Counted from the stretch's first letter, positions 43,035 through 53,559 are shown. The stretch is 64,000 nt of DNA from Octopus vulgaris (GCA_951406725.2 OX597828.1:42842001-42906000), one strand, 5' to 3'. Program-made: numbers and translations. Notes: generated by a model from the sequence alone, not told the origin.

Positions 43035-43450
43035 GGGTGGCGATGTTGGTAGTTGTGGTGGTGGTGGTGGCGGCGGCATCGCCGGCAGTGGTGGTTGTGG
43101 TGATGGTGGCGATGTTGGTAGCTGTGGTGGTGGTGGTGGTGATGGTGGTGGCGGCATCGGCGGCAGTGGTGGTTGTGGTGATGGTGGCGGTGGTGGTAGT
43201 GTGGTGGTGGTGACGCTGTGGCAGTGGTGGTTGTGATGTTGACATCGGTGGTGACGCCGATGGCGGCGGCGCTGGTGATGTTGGTGGTTGTGGTGATGGT
43301 GACAGCGGTGGTGGTAGTGGTGGTGACGCCGATGGCGGCAGTGCCAGTGATGTTGGTGGTTGTGGTGATGGTGGTAGTGGTGGTGACGCCGATGGCGGCG
43401 GCGCTGGTGATGTTGGTGGTTGTGGTGATGGTGACAGCGGTGGTGGTAAC
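43035..43450. repeat. GTG-rich minisatellite with ~60-66-bp higher-order units
   Basis: Recurring GGTGACGCCGATGGCGGC..GGTGATGTTGGTGGTTGTGGTGATGG. Confidence 0.8.
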
Positions 43451-43763
43451 GTTAAAGTGGCGGTGGCAGTGATAATGGTGTTTGTTTCGATTGCGTGGTG
43501 GTGGTGGTGGTGATGGTTGTGTGGTGATTCGGTTGCTGGTGGAAGAAGATGTAAAATAGCTGTGGAGGCTGTGCCTGGTGGTAGTGTTCATAGTTGTGTT
43601 TGCGTTAATGATCGTACTGGTGGTTGTAGTAGTGTCTGTGAGGGTGTTGATGGGGGAAATGGTGGTGAGAGTGGTGAGAGTGAGAGAGTATTCTTCTCCC
43701 GTTCACTGCTTCGTGTGTGCGCGTGTATGTTTGCATGCATGAATATGTATATATATATAGATA

Positions 43764-43930
43764 TAGGCGCAGGTGTGGTTATGAGGTAAGTAGCTTGTTT
43801 ACCAGCCACGTGGTTCCGGGTTCAATCTCATTGCGTGGCACCTTGGACATGTGTCTTCCACTATAACATCGGGCCAACCAAAGCCTTGTCAGTGGATTTG
43901 GTAGAAGAAAACTGAAAGAAACCCGTAGTA
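43764..43930 (+). mobile_element. SINE family A 5' half, interrupted at its (TA)n by the PLE
   Basis: AGGCGCAGGTGTGG...AAACTGAAAGAAACCCGTAG(TA)n directly precedes the pLTR. Confidence 0.8.
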
Positions 43931-43945
43931 TATATATATACTATA

Positions 43946-44248
43946 CACTCCCAGATTCTCCCACCCCCTTTCCTCACCAGCCTTCCCTCTACTACCCTAC
44001 CAAGAACTCACAACTACCTCGAACACACAAGTGCAAACAAGGGAGTCAGAGAAAGGCAGAATGCCACTTAAATCTGAACACTACTATAGAAATATTCTTT
44101 TAAAAAAACTTTTCTTCTAATTTTTCTAAATTTAATTATTTAATCGTTACAGTTGAAAAGGTCTCAAAATGACCGAAACCGGTACTGAAATGTTCACTAT
44201 AAAATTATTTTAGCATTTTCTATTTTTTACTTGTTTTTTCATATATAT
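43946..44248 (+). repeat. 5' pseudo-LTR (303 bp)
   Basis: CACTCCCAGATTCTC...CTTGTTTTTTCATATATAT, repeated at 48391-48693. Confidence 0.95.
44147..44190 (+). ncRNA. Minimal type I hammerhead ribozyme, U3-A8 core variant (5' pLTR)
   Basis: cag|TTGAAAA|ggtc-tcaaaat-gacc|GAAA|ccg|GTA|ctg: stem I cag/ctg, stem II ggtc/gacc, palindromic stem III accggt, predicted cleavage after GUA (44184). Confidence 0.8.
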
Positions 44249-44307
44249 CAACTCGTGTGTTCCTTTTCACCCTTATACATATCATTAACCCACACGAGAT
44301 ACAGAAA

Positions 44308-45543
44308 ATGCCGACAAAAACAGACACAATCACCTCCATAAACGAAGAAATACTGAAAGAACTCAAGAAAATCAACACAAATTTGTCAACTTTTTTTAAC
44401 AAATTCGACTCGACACTTCAACCCAATCGAGAGAACAATGAAGAAACAGATACGAAAAATACAACCTCCGAAATTGTCGAAAACCTTGGAAACTTATGCG
44501 AAACAATTAGAACATTTTTCTCTAACAACGCTAACCAAGGACCTCCAAACGCGTCAATATATGGGATCAATACTCTAACAACATACCAAATGAAACACCA
44601 CATAATACCACAATGGAACAAATCACTCAGAGATAGAAAGTTCGCCTTTTGGAAGATGATCCAAAACAACAACAAAGCGGATATATACGAAAAATGGCTC
44701 AACCGGACCCCGTTAATCCTCCCACGTAAATTCCAGTTCAAAGCTATTACAGAAGAACCTGAAACACAAAGACACCTCAGGGAGAGAATGGCACTGGAAA
44801 AAATGAAAATGGAAATAGAACTTCTGAAATTGAGGGCCCAAACGAATGAGGATAAAATAAAATCCACCGATGAAGATATCAACGAAGAAATTCGCAAAAT
44901 GACCCAAGGCCCAGATCAAGAGAAGTTCTCCAAACTATGGAAAGAGGACTGTGAAAAAGAAGAACTAAAATCTCTCCAACGCTGGGAGAAAAGCGCCACT
45001 TGGTTCTCAGACTATGAAGCCGTCTTTCAAACAGAGCACGCCTCCAACAACCCTTTCCAGAAAATAAGAAAACCAAAACAACACCCAAACACCGATACAC
45101 ACCTGTCTAAAAATCGGAACCTTCACTACTATCAAAAAAAGAATACAGGACCTAACCCCAACTCTGTAAGCAGCCAGCGATACAATATCAGGAATACCCC
45201 CACTTCAAGCAGAGAAAGGATAAATCAACACCCACAGCATAGACACTGCAACCTCATCCCCACCCAAAGGAGTTACCAACGAAATCTTCGTCCCATTAAC
45301 CGGTTAAACAACCATGCACAACAAACCCACACCACTTGCAATGATTACCAACGAAGGCCTCCTAGAACACCACACCCGAATATGGGATATCGGGATGCTC
45401 TCCTCAATACTGCTCCAAGAACACACACCACAAATCACAACAGGAGACCCCTAATCAACAAAGAACAACTATATACTAGCTACCGTCCCAACCACCGCAT
45501 TCATTTTTTAGACCCAATACGCAAACACAGAGACACAAGATAG
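44308..45543 (+). CDS. PLE ORF1, 411 aa from first ATG; predicted coiled-coil with basic/disordered C-terminus
   Basis: Uninterrupted frame 44257-45543, first ATG 44308; heptad-like segments (INEEILKELKKINTNL; LEKMKMEIELLKLRAQTNEDKIKSTDEDINEEIRKM); N/H/R/P-rich tail. Confidence 0.8.
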   Translation: MPTKTDTITSINEEILKELKKINTNLSTFFNKFDSTLQPNRENNEETDTKNTTSEIVENLGNLCETIRTFFSNNANQGPPNASIYGINTLTTYQMKHHIIPQWNKSLRDRKFAFWKMIQNNNKADIYEKWLNRTPLILPRKFQFKAITEEPETQRHLRERMALEKMKMEIELLKLRAQTNEDKIKSTDEDINEEIRKMTQGPDQEKFSKLWKEDCEKEELKSLQRWEKSATWFSDYEAVFQTEHASNNPFQKIRKPKQHPNTDTHLSKNRNLHYYQKKNTGPNPNSVSSQRYNIRNTPTSSRERINQHPQHRHCNLIPTQRSYQRNLRPINRLNNHAQQTHTTCNDYQRRPPRTPHPNMGYRDALLNTAPRTHTTNHNRRPLINKEQLYTSYRPNHRIHFLDPIRKHRDTR

Positions 45544-47834
45544 CACCAAACAAGCAGGAGGAACCAAAAGTAATAAAAATTATTAATCTAACTCACAAGG
45601 AACTAACAGCAAACCAAATAAACATACTTTCCAAAGGACTCAAGTTTACACCCACCCCACAACACCCCAACTACAATGAAATGAAAGAAGACATCGCAGA
45701 ATTCTGCAGAAAATTAAGACTTACTGAGGAGCTATACGATAAATACAACGAGGACGAATCGTTAGCCAGAAATAGGAGTAACTACACCCCCTCGAAAGGT
45801 AAGAATAAAACACTTGATGATTTCTGTGACCACATATCAAATTACCCATATCAACATATGCACAAACAAAAACACAAACCAAACTTCAGCAAAAAAGAAT
45901 GGGCTGAGTTGAACAAATTAAAACTAGATAAAACAATAACAATCAAAGAGGCCGATAAAGGGAGTGCTGTTGTCTTAATGGATACGACATTTTACATAAC
46001 TTTGGTACTTTCTATGCTGGAAGACACAAGATACTATGAAAAGGCACAAAACTACAGTCAACAAAAAATAATGAGGGAACTAAAATCCATATTAAACCCA
46101 TACAAAGCAGGGCTCACCGACAAAGAATATGATTATATGACCAATTTCACAAGTAAAACTAGCCAATTCTACGGTATACCTAAGATCCACAAAAGTGAAA
46201 AAATAAGCAACGCATGCAAGATAGCTACAGACAAAATAATTAAAGTCCCTAATCCTAATGACCTCAAATTGAGACCCATAATAGCAGGTCCCGCATGCGA
46301 AACCCACCGCCTCAGTAACTTTTTAGACACCCTGTTAAAACCACTCCTCAAACATGTCAAAAGCTATATAAGGGACGACTTAGATATGCTCAATCACCTA
46401 CCGAATACTATAAACAAAAACACCATACTGGTATCCTTCGATGTAGTCAACCTCTACTCCAATATCCCCCACAACCTAGGACTAGAGGCAATCCAATTCT
46501 GGCTAGAGAATCACGCCAACGAACTACCACACCGCATCAAAAAAGAATTTGTGATAGAAGGGGTTAAATTCATCCTGGAAAATAACTTCTTCGCCTTCAA
46601 TGACAACTTCTACCGACAAAAATCGGGGACTGCGATGGGTACACGAATGGCCCCCTCCTTTGCCAACCTAGTCATAGGATACCTAGAGATCAGTCTGTAT
46701 CGTAAGGTTCTAGAAAGATATGGCAGCCCTTTCTCCATCTACATAGAAAACAACTGGAAGAGATATCTAGATGACTGTTTCATCCTTTGGCATAAAAATA
46801 TAGAAAAACTCATAGAATTCCAGAAAATTTTAAACGGACTGGACGTAAACATCCAATTCACGATGGAATATAGCCAACAACAACTCCCCTTCCTCGATAT
46901 CCTCATTAAGAAAGCTAATAATATAATAGAAACAGACATATACTATAAGCCTACAGACTCTAAGCAATATCTTCCATTCAATTCATGCCACCCCAGACAC
47001 ACCAGGATGAATATCCCCTTCAATCTAGCAAAAAGGATATGCACTATAGTCTCTAACGCAAACACCAGAGACACACGACTACAAGAACTAAAAGATACCC
47101 TAATCACCAGGAACTATCCACCTTCACTTATTGACAAGTGCATTCAACGTGCCCTTCAACTTAACATCAAGGAACTGAGACATCCCAAATCAAAGAAAAA
47201 CTTACAACCAAAAGCCTTACCATACATCTCCACACACAACCCTCTCAATAACGAAGCCTTCGACACCATCCTCCACAACATACCCCTCCTAAAAAAAGAC
47301 CACAGAATGAACACAATCCTCCAAACACACACGATCATAAAAAGCAAAAGACAGCCTAGATCCATGAAAAGTCTCCTTACACAAGCCCGAATTCACTCTT
47401 CAACACAGAAGCCGACAGTAAAAAAATGTGGAAGACCCAATTGCGGGATATGCGACTATCTAATCGAGGGTTCGGAGTTCTCCTTCAAACAGGGACAACG
47501 GTTTACAGTGAAAAGCAACTTCACATGTGCTTCGGAGAACCTAATATACTCACTAACCTGCTCCGGGTGTCAAGAGCAGTACATAGGCCAAACAAAAAAT
47601 GGTTTGCGTAAACGAATGGCCCTGCACAGATCCCAGATAAAAATTCCCCAAAACAGAAAAATAGCTTTTAGCCAACACATAGATACTTGCGCCAACAAAA
47701 AAACACCAAACTTCAGAATTTTCCCCCTCTACCAATTTAGGGACGATACAACCTCGAGACAAAGAATAAGTAAAGAAAATCTCTTTATTACAAAATACAA
47801 GCCACTTCTTAACGGGTCTACGACAAACAATTAA
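45480..47834 (+). CDS. PLE reverse transcriptase + Zn-finger linker + GIY-YIG endonuclease (frame open from 45480; first ATG 45681)
   Basis: Motifs IINLT..LSKGLKFTPTP (upstream of first ATG), EADKG, YGIPKIHK, LRPII, SFDVVNLYSNIP, QKSGTAMG, RYLDDCF, LPFLD, YYKPTD, SCHP; CGRPNCGIC linker; NLIYSLTCSGC..YIGQT..R..H..H; no stops. Confidence 0.95.
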   Translation, partial: LPSQPPHSFFRPNTQTQRHKIAPNKQEEPKVIKIINLTHKELTANQINILSKGLKFTPTPQHPNYNEMKEDIAEFCRKLRLTEELYDKYNEDESLARNRSNYTPSKGKNKTLDDFCDHISNYPYQHMHKQKHKPNFSKKEWAELNKLKLDKTITIKEADKGSAVVLMDTTFYITLVLSMLEDTRYYEKAQNYSQQKIMRELKSILNPYKAGLTDKEYDYMTNFTSKTSQFYGIPKIHKSEKISNACKIATDKIIKVPNPNDLKLRPIIAGPACETHRLSNFLDTLLKPLLKHVKSYIRDDLDMLNHLPNTINKNTILVSFDVVNLYSNIPHNLGLEAIQFWLENHANELPHRIKKEFVIEGVKFILENNFFAFNDNFYRQKSGTAMGTRMAPSFANLVIGYLEISLYRKVLERYGSPFSIYIENNWKRYLDDCFILWHKNIEKLIEFQKILNGLDVNIQFTMEYSQQQLPFLDILIKKANNIIETDIYYKPTDSKQYLPFNSCHPRHTRMNIPFNLAKRICTIVSNANTRDTRLQELKDTLITRNYPPSLIDKCIQRALQLNIKELRHPKSKKNLQPKALPYISTHNPLNNEAFDTILHNIPLLKKDHRMNTILQTHTIIKSKRQPRSMKSLLTQARIHSSTQKPTVKKCGRPNCGICDYLIEGSEFSFKQGQRFTVKSNFTCASENLIYSLTCSGCQEQYIGQTKNGLRKRMALHRSQIKIPQNRKIAFSQHIDTCANKKTPNFRIFPLYQFRDDTTSRQRISKENLFITKYKPLLNGSTTNN

Positions 47835-48390
47835 TATACCTCAACTTTAGAATAAAAGAAAAAAATATATATACACACACAAATACTACACTCCATAGAA
47901 TCCATTACTAATCAGCCCCTTCATAGCTATATTTACACCCATTCATATTCTCCCTTCTCTGTTTTTTTCTTCTTCTTCTTCTTCATCATCATCGTTATCA
48001 TCATCATCGGCGTCATCATCATCACCACCATCTTCTCCTTCTCCTTCTTCTTCTTCTTCTTCTTCTTCTTCTTCTTCTTCTTCTTCTTCTTCTTCTTCTT
48101 CTTCTTCTTCTTCTTCTTCTTCTTCTTCTTCATCATCGTTATCATCATCATCGTCGTCATAATCATCACCACCATCACCATCATCTTCTCCTTCTCCTTC
48201 TTCTTCTTCTTCTTCTTCTTCTTCTTCTTCTTCTTCTTCTTCTTCTTCTTCTTCTTCTTCTTCTCACCCCTACCCCTTAAGTTTGTCACTAATGTTTTTT
48301 AGTATAACACCTACGCTAATTCTATAAACAATCCTGAATTGAACTGAGACTGCCAGCCGCCACTGACCATTCAAAATACGACCATCAGGG

Positions 48391-48681
48391 CACTCCCAGA
48401 TTCTCCCACCCCCTTTCCTCACCAGCCTTCCCTCTACTACCCTACCAAGAACTCACAACTACCTCGAACACACAAGTGCAAACAAGGGAGTCAGAGAAAG
48501 GCAGAATGCCACTTAAATCTGAACACTACTATAGAAATATTCTTTTAAAAAAACTTTTCTTCTAATTTTTCTAAATTTAATTATTTAATCGTTACAGTTG
48601 AAAAGGTCTCAAAATGACCGAAACCGGTACTGAAATGTTCACTATAAAATTATTTTAGCATTTTCTATTTTTTACTTGTTT

Positions 48682-48693
<12 letters not shown>
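48391..48693 (+). repeat. 3' pseudo-LTR (303 bp), running into (TA)n
   Basis: Identical to 43946-44248 on base-by-base reading. Confidence 0.95.
48592..48635 (+). ncRNA. Minimal type I hammerhead ribozyme, U3-A8 core variant (3' pLTR)
   Basis: Identical copy of 44147-44190. Confidence 0.8.
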
Positions 48694-48759
<66 letters not shown>

Positions 48760-48861
48760 ACATGTACATATATGTATACATATACATATATGTATACATA
48801 TATATATGTAAATATATATATGTATATTTATATATGTATATATGTATATATATGTATATAA

Positions 48862-48899
<38 letters not shown>

Positions 48900-48922
48900 T
48901 ACGGGTTTCTTTCAGTTTCTTT

Positions 48923-49702
48923 CCGTGTTCGTCCCTTCCTGTGTTTCACGTTCATTATATATAAAAACATTCATTCTTATATTATTGCGGCGTTACGTGC
49001 ACCCCCCCCCCCCCGTTTGTTTGTCCAATTTTAAACCCTGCACGACTTCTATACACACTGTCTTTCCTGCCCGCCATTGCTTCTTCACCAAACTTTTTGG
49101 CGCCCTCCGATTCTTCCCTCTCTTCCTCCCATCCTCCTCCCCTCTTCCTCCCATCCTCCTTAATCCCTTCTTTCTCCTTTTCTCTTGGTCACTGATTCTG
49201 TCCCCTGCCTTCCACCCTCTTTGATTCCCTCTCTCTCTGTCTCTCTTTCTCTCTCTCTCCTGCGACCTGCTGCTTCTTAAACCATTCTGTTGGCCTTCGT
49301 ATCTCGACCAACATGTGTCCCCGCTACCGAAACGGTAATTATTTCTACGCCAGCTATGTTGTTGTTGTTTTTGTCTCATTTGGTCTAAAGTCGTATGACA
49401 ACCACCGTTATATATGTTTTGTTTGTTCATTACCGTTTTCAATTTCGTTTTCGTCTCTTGTGTTTACATCCGTCTTGTGCGTTCACATTCCTGTCTTCTA
49501 CCAAGAAATCTAATGCTTACAGCTTAGTTTTTTTTCTTGGGGCTGGCCGAGTTGGAGCAAATATCAGAATTGAACAGCCGAAATTTGCTATGATGATTCG
49601 GTGTCTGACTGAAGATTGAAGGCTTCGAATGATTTGTCTGTGTTCCGTGTTCGTCCCTTCCTGTGTTTCACGTTCATTATATATAAAAACATTCATTCTT
49701 AT
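48923..49702 (+). mobile_element. Non-coding element with ~58-bp terminal direct repeats ending in TA (non-autonomous PLE-like)
   Basis: CCGTGTTCGTCCCTTCC...CATTCATTCTTATAT at ~48923-48980 and ~49645-49702; its 3' part resembles 36171-36310, 37884-38013 and (minus) 25140-25220. Confidence 0.65.
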
Positions 49703-49956
49703 ATATATATATATATATTGATTGATATATATATATATATTCTTTTATTCGAGTGCGTACCTCATACACACGCACACACACATATAGGCGCAGGCGTAAC
49801 AAATAAAACTGGCTATCACTTATGTTACGAGTTTGTAAACTACAGAATTATGGCGAAGGATGTAGGCCACATCTTCCTCTTACTTTCCCCTCCAACAGAG
49901 TGTAAACTTACTGAACGTGAAATGCCATCAAGGCAACCACCTTCACCACCACGCCT

Positions 49957-49987
<31 letters not shown>

Positions 49988-50566
49988 TAGGAACACCAGC
50001 AGCAACAAGTGAGATGTTTTCTGTTCTTCATCCTCATGATCGTCATCATCACCATACTAGCGTGATAGCCGTCACGTGTCGCGTAAATTCTGCTGTTATT
50101 TTGCCTCCTACATTTTCCAACATCGATAATATCAGAAAGCATGGCGTACATATAATTATTATAATTCAACTTATATCAAATTTCCTGGTATTTATAACAA
50201 AATCACGAGATGAATATTAATTTTCTAAAATTAAAGAAAAATAATTATTAATTTAAAATAAAATTAAATAAAGCAAATTTCTCATTTGCATATTTGCGAT
50301 AAATATATGTTTATATAATTATTTTTCTAAATTTTATCACTATAATAACAATCTACTCCATCGAAAACCTATCTCTGCAAAATTTTATTTAGAAAGGTTT
50401 CCATACATTGCGGAAAGTTACAAGATACTGCTATCGTGCCCCCATATATTAAATTTCTCTATCCCAGTCTTACTCCATCCCCATCTGTCGATACGGTGTA
50501 AAGCATGACGAAGAAACCGACCAAACAACCAACCAACCAACCAACCAACCAGCATTTATATTGGCT

Positions 50567-50938
50567 ATTATTTCCTCCGCCTTAACGAAGGCGGAGGTAT
50601 TATTTTCAGTCGTGTTTGTTTGTTTGTTTCAATATGGACAAGATATCTCAAGAACCACTGGAAGGATTCGGATGAAACTTTCAGAGATGTTTGGCCTTGT
50701 GACTGGCACGAGATGATTAGATTTTGAGATCGATCCGGTACCAAACAAAGGTGCTGGGTTATTTTTCCTGTTTCCCCCTTTTTTAAACTTAATTTTTGAT
50801 AGCGGTCATGTTCATTTTTAGTATTCTCGTTTGTGAGAGCAGTCGATATTCTCATTTTAAAATTCATCTCTGTATAATCATTGAGAGGACGTTGGTGTTG
50901 CCTTGGCGGAGATTTGCGCTCTCTGAGTGCTCTTGTTA
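50567..50938 (+). mobile_element. Helentron-associated interspersed element (HINE/DINE-1-like)
   Basis: 5' CCTCCGCCTT-AACG-AAGGCGGAGG palindrome, (GTTT)n, subterminal GGCGGAG repeat near 50905, 3' hairpin GCGCTC-TCT-GAGTGC, T-rich ends. Confidence 0.75.
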
Positions 50939-51377
50939 TTTAATGGTTTCAAGGCGGCGTGCTGACAGGGTTGTTAGCACACTGGACGAAATGCTTAGCG
51001 GTATTTCGCTTGTCGTTCCGTTCCGATGTCGACTTTGCCTTTCATCCTTTCGGAGTCGATAAATTAAGTCCCATGAAATATTGGGGTCGATGCAATCGAC
51101 TCATCCCCTCCCCTAAAATTGCTGGCCTTGTGCCTAAATTTGAAATCATTGTAAATAATGATTTCAAATTTTGTTACAAGGGTAAGTCGACGACATCGAT
51201 CCCAGTGCTCGACTAGTACTTATTTTATCGACCCCAAAAGTATGAAAGGCAAAGTTTACCAAGGTCGAAATTGAACGCAGAATGCAAAAACGGACCAAAT
51301 GATGCTAAGTATTTTGTCCGGCATGCCAGCGATTCTGCCAGTGTGTGTGTGTGTGTAAATGTGTGTGCGCATGTGTA

Positions 51378-51412
<35 letters not shown>

Positions 51413-51624
51413 TCATCTTTTGCTTGTTTTCATCAGAAGAGAGCGCCCCTGCGGGGGCACGGCATTTAAGGGTTTAGTCAAACCCTCCCGTACTTATTTT
51501 CTTTTTATAAGCTTGATACCAATTCCATCGATCTCATTTTGCGGAACCGGTAAGTTACATGGCCGTAACCAAACCAACATCGGTTTTAAAGTTGTGGTGG
51601 GAGACAAACATAACGACACACACA

Positions 51625-51655
<31 letters not shown>

Positions 51656-52038
51656 GCATGTATATGTATTTATATATATGTACATATATATATGTGTGCG
51701 TGCGTGTGTGTGTGTGTGTGTTGGTGTGTCTACGTCCTCTGTAACTTACCGGTTCGGTTGGCTTATAGAGAATAAGTCCTGGGGTCGATTTGATCGACTA
51801 AAGGCGGTGCTCCAGTATGGCTGCAGTCAAATGACCGAAACAAATAAAAGAATAAAAGAATATATATATATATATATATATATGAATAAATGAAAGAATG
51901 GAGTCGAACGAAGATTTTAACAAAATTCCTTTACTCTCGACCTTAACAGGTCGCTTCAACCGTGTTTTCTGACGTGAATTTGCTACCCAGGTATCGGTTA
52001 ACCGAATTTTCCATGCTAGGGTAATTCATTCACCTACT

Positions 52039-52107
<69 letters not shown>

Positions 52108-52206
52108 CGTAAAAGACTGTTTCTATTCCTGAACGTTATACTAATACATCCGTTTGTTTTGTACACCACCTGTCTTCGTCTTTTGTTTTTTTTTTCGTAA
52201 AACTCT

Positions 52207-52291
<85 letters not shown>

Positions 52292-53559
52292 TAGAGAAAA
52301 AGAGAGAGAGAGAAGCAGAGAGATAGAGAGAGTGAATATTGTTACGTCTAAGGCTATGGTACGTTGCATTTGAACGTCTTAGAGGGAACTTTAACAATCT
52401 TACAACATATTTCCAGTACAGACTACTTTTCAAATTGCTACACACTTTATCATAAATATATTGTTTAAAAATTCCACGGCGCTGTACTCCTCACGCCTGC
52501 ATATGTGTGTTGCGCGTGCATGTCTCTGTTTGCATATATACGTGTCTGCGTGTCTGTGTGTGCATAAGTACGTGTGTGTGTCTGTTTGTGTGTGCGTGTG
52601 TGCGTGTGCATGCATGTTGTAATGAAGAGTAGAGACAAGTCTCAGGTGCGGCATATTTAGTTAACAGCTAATCTTTTGAAAGTTCTTAATTAAGAGGAAT
52701 TTTAATTATAAGAACGGAAGTAGAGAAGATGAAGTAGTATAGCAACGAAGCATTGAAAGCTGATCTGTTTTTCAAATTGGCAATTATCAGTTTAGATTGA
52801 TCATAAGCTAATTATGTATAATATTGTTAATATAACTCGTTTAAATTACTTACGAAAAGGAGACAATCGGAGAGACAGTTTGTTCTAGCTCGGCTCGTTA
52901 GAAATAGCAGCCAGATGTCTGTGTGAAATAATATCCTGCAGTGTTGGTGGAGGCATGATGTGATTGATGGACAGTGCAGTCGACGAAATGGTCACAACGA
53001 AATGACTTGGATTATAAGGACGGTTAATTTTAGAGCGCAAAAAACTAAAAAAATATAAACAAGAACAAAAAAAAAATCAACAGATGACCGATAGAATAAG
53101 TACTGGGCTTACAAAGAATAAGTCCCGGGGTCGATTTGTTCGACTAAAGGCGGTGCTCCAGCATGGCCGCAGTCAAATGACTGAAACAAATAAAAGAGTA
53201 AAAGAGAGAGTAACTTTAGGATCATTAATAACAATGAGAAAAACAATACTTTCTAATTTTGGCACGAGGCCAGCAAGTTAAAGAAGAGAGGACAAGTCAA
53301 TTACACTAACCCCAGCTTTTGGGACTGGTACGTGTCTTTTCGACGCCGAAAGGATGAAATGTAAAGTCGGCATCGGCGGAATTTGAACGCAAAACGTAAA
53401 AAAATCGGAAGGGTTGCCGCTAAACATTTCTTCCAATGCGCTGACGATTCTGCTCGCGCGCCACCTACAAATTTTTTCTCACTTAGGTACAAGAGCTGCA
53501 GTTTTGAGGGGAGGGGGAAGTCAATTACGTGGAAACCAGTAGTTGATTGAAACTTATCT

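Larger units (their letters stand above)
43946..48693 (+). mobile_element. Full-length Penelope-like retroelement (C-terminal GIY-YIG type, Neptune/Nematis-like) with pseudo-LTRs, inserted in (TA)n
   Basis: Direct repeats 43946-44248 and 48391-48693 (offset 4445, identical by eye) enclose ORF1 and an RT+GIY-YIG frame; (TA)n on both sides; hammerhead motif in each repeat. Confidence 0.95.

Noticed and set aside
43000-43590. Mucin-like Thr-rich ORF on the minus strand
   Set aside because: Trinucleotide-derived minisatellite; no splice or signal-peptide evidence.
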